Source: Hemiscyllium ocellatum
Taxonomy: Eukaryota
NCBI RefSeq assembly: GCF_020745735.1
Contig: NC_083434.1
Span: 37,755,966-37,819,965, forward strand
Reading direction: 5' to 3'
DNA: 64,000 bases
The notes under the pieces were generated by a model that was given only the letters and a program-made list of their open reading frames with translations, was not told where the DNA came from and did no database searches. The position numbers were made by a program, and so were the translations under genes. Shown piece after piece: positions 62,426-64,000 of this stretch. Each line of letters opens with the position of its first letter. The first letter of the stretch is position 1.

Positions 62426-63233
62426 TTATTGTAGATTAGTCTGTTTGGGTATTTTGGCTCCCATAAGGATTCCTGAACTCATTGGAGCAGGTCCTTTCAT
62501 TTGCATGCTGGCACCCACCATAGTGGGGAAACTGCGATTCCGTCGGATGCCGGTGTTCAGCTGAATCCCTCCAATAGCACCAGTGACCACTTGGGTGCAG
62601 CCTAATGCGAGGCTCTCACCCATCAGACTGCCCTGGGCAAAGGCGTTCACTGACCCTGGGGCCCTGTTAAGAAAGGGTCCTTTGTTGTCCATCACTGAAG
62701 ACTCCTGCACGGGTGTAACACTTGGCTGGACTACTTTGGCAATGCCAAGCCTCTTCACTTTGTCAACCAGGTTGATTTTGGAGATACTCACATCTGTCTG
62801 GCTTTCACTGTGCCTCATTGGTTTGTCCCCTCTCATTTCCTTTAACATGGAACTGGCTGGCTTAGAGGCCAGGAAATTGTCATAGTGACTGCAAGTGCCC
62901 TTGCATTCAAATGGAGATGGAGATGGGCACAGGGAATACAATGGTGAGTTGGGTGGGGTAGATGGTACAAAGGTTGGTTTGGGAATATGGAAGTTTGCAG
63001 TGTTGTTGAGGCCCATCCTGTCCCAGCTGTATGGATTGTACACAGCTGCTGAAATCCCTCGCTCCTTCAGTAACTTAACCAGGCCCAGAGAGATGCTCAT
63101 TGTGGTAGTACCTTCACGGAGGTTAGTGAAGGATTCAGCCAAGCTCAAGCGCCGAGGTGTACACGGAGTACCAACTGGAGTTGATTTTATATTATTCAAG
63201 ATCCCACAAACTGGAGCAGGCGCAGAGTGAACA
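62426..63233 (-). CDS. TRAK1: Trafficking kinesin-binding protein 1, terminal coding exon (~268 aa; earlier exons lie beyond the window)
   Basis: Contains STPVGTPCTPRRLSLAESFTN, LLKERGISAAVY, YDNFLASKPASS, SESQTDVS, NLVDKVKRLG, GIRRNRSFPTMVG and SGILMGAK, matching the TRAK1 C-terminus. A polypyrimidine tract and AG acceptor (63235-63234) define the exon start; the ORF-track N-terminus MDLLSFFFLFSLPPL is intronic. The gene is convergent with CCK as in human. Confidence 0.95.
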
Positions 63234-64000
63234 CTAAGAGGGGGGAGAGAAAACAGGAAAAAAAAACTTAGCAAGTCCATTGTTATACATACATGAAACT
63301 CATTTTTGAAATAATGGCTCCCTAAGTAACAAGAGGCATTCTACTTTTTTAAATTACAGTGAGGAGGAGGAGGAACATTACTGCTTGCAAGTTTCCCTCC
63401 AAGTCACACATCATCCCAACTTGGAACTATATCCCCATTCTTTCAATGTCATGGATCAAAACCCTAGATCTCCCTCCCTAGCAGCATTGAGTGTTTCAAC
63501 ATAATAAGGACTGTGGTGGTTTGAGAAGGTAGCTCACCACCAGCGTCTCGGGGGAACTTAGTATAGGCAATAAATGCTGGCCCCAGCAAAGCCAACGGTC
63601 TCAATTAACTTTTAAAAAACAAAACAGAATAGTTTAAAAAGCTCACTAATGCGAATAGACATAACCCCAGAGAAACAGACACAGAATATACTGAAATCAC
63701 AGAAATATTGTGACTGAACAGAACATGTAAAATACGCATGCTTTAATGAAGGCTGAAAAGCCCAAAGCATCTATATTTATGATTGTATTTAACACAGAAA
63801 AGCATGACATCAATTTGCATTAAAAAAAACCCAGCTGACATGGTGAGTTAAAATCTCGAGCAGAGACAAGCAGAGTTACAATAGAATAGAGATAGAAAAC
63901 GAGTAACAAAAAGAGAGATAATTCTCAAGTATTCCTCATATTGGTGATCAATGATTAATTGTTGTTAAGAATTCTTATTTCCTTAGCTTGTTAGTAAAGT

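Noticed and set aside
62583-63230. + strand ORFs of 100 and 111 aa
   Set aside because: Antisense shadows of the TRAK1 exon.

Overview
Vertebrate genomic DNA. The repeat landscape (HE1/V-SINE-type tRNA SINEs, CR1-clade LINEs, Penelope-like elements, a Deu-core SINE) points to a shark or other elasmobranch; this is an inference. The window holds a complete three-exon cholecystokinin gene (CCK, + strand): TATA box at 27729, non-coding exon 1 ending at 27819, and coding exons 32926-33171 and 41989-42125. These give a 126-aa preprohormone whose octapeptide is DYVGWMDF. The terminal exon of TRAK1 lies on the - strand (63233-62426), convergent with CCK as in mammals. The rest is mostly decayed retroelements. 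The most striking unannotated signal is a population of minimal type I hammerhead ribozyme (HHR) motifs (stem I-CUGANGA-stem II-GAAA-CG-UH-stem I). They sit in at least five different Penelope-like terminal-repeat families whose stems co-vary around the conserved core. One locus about 2 kb upstream of the CCK promoter is a retrozyme-like head-to-tail array with a 199-bp period and three intact HHRs (25426-25994). Another is a near-perfect ~820-bp palindrome with an HHR in each arm (16207-17068). Two apparent locally templated insertions were also seen. All calls were made by eye; repeat boundaries are approximate.
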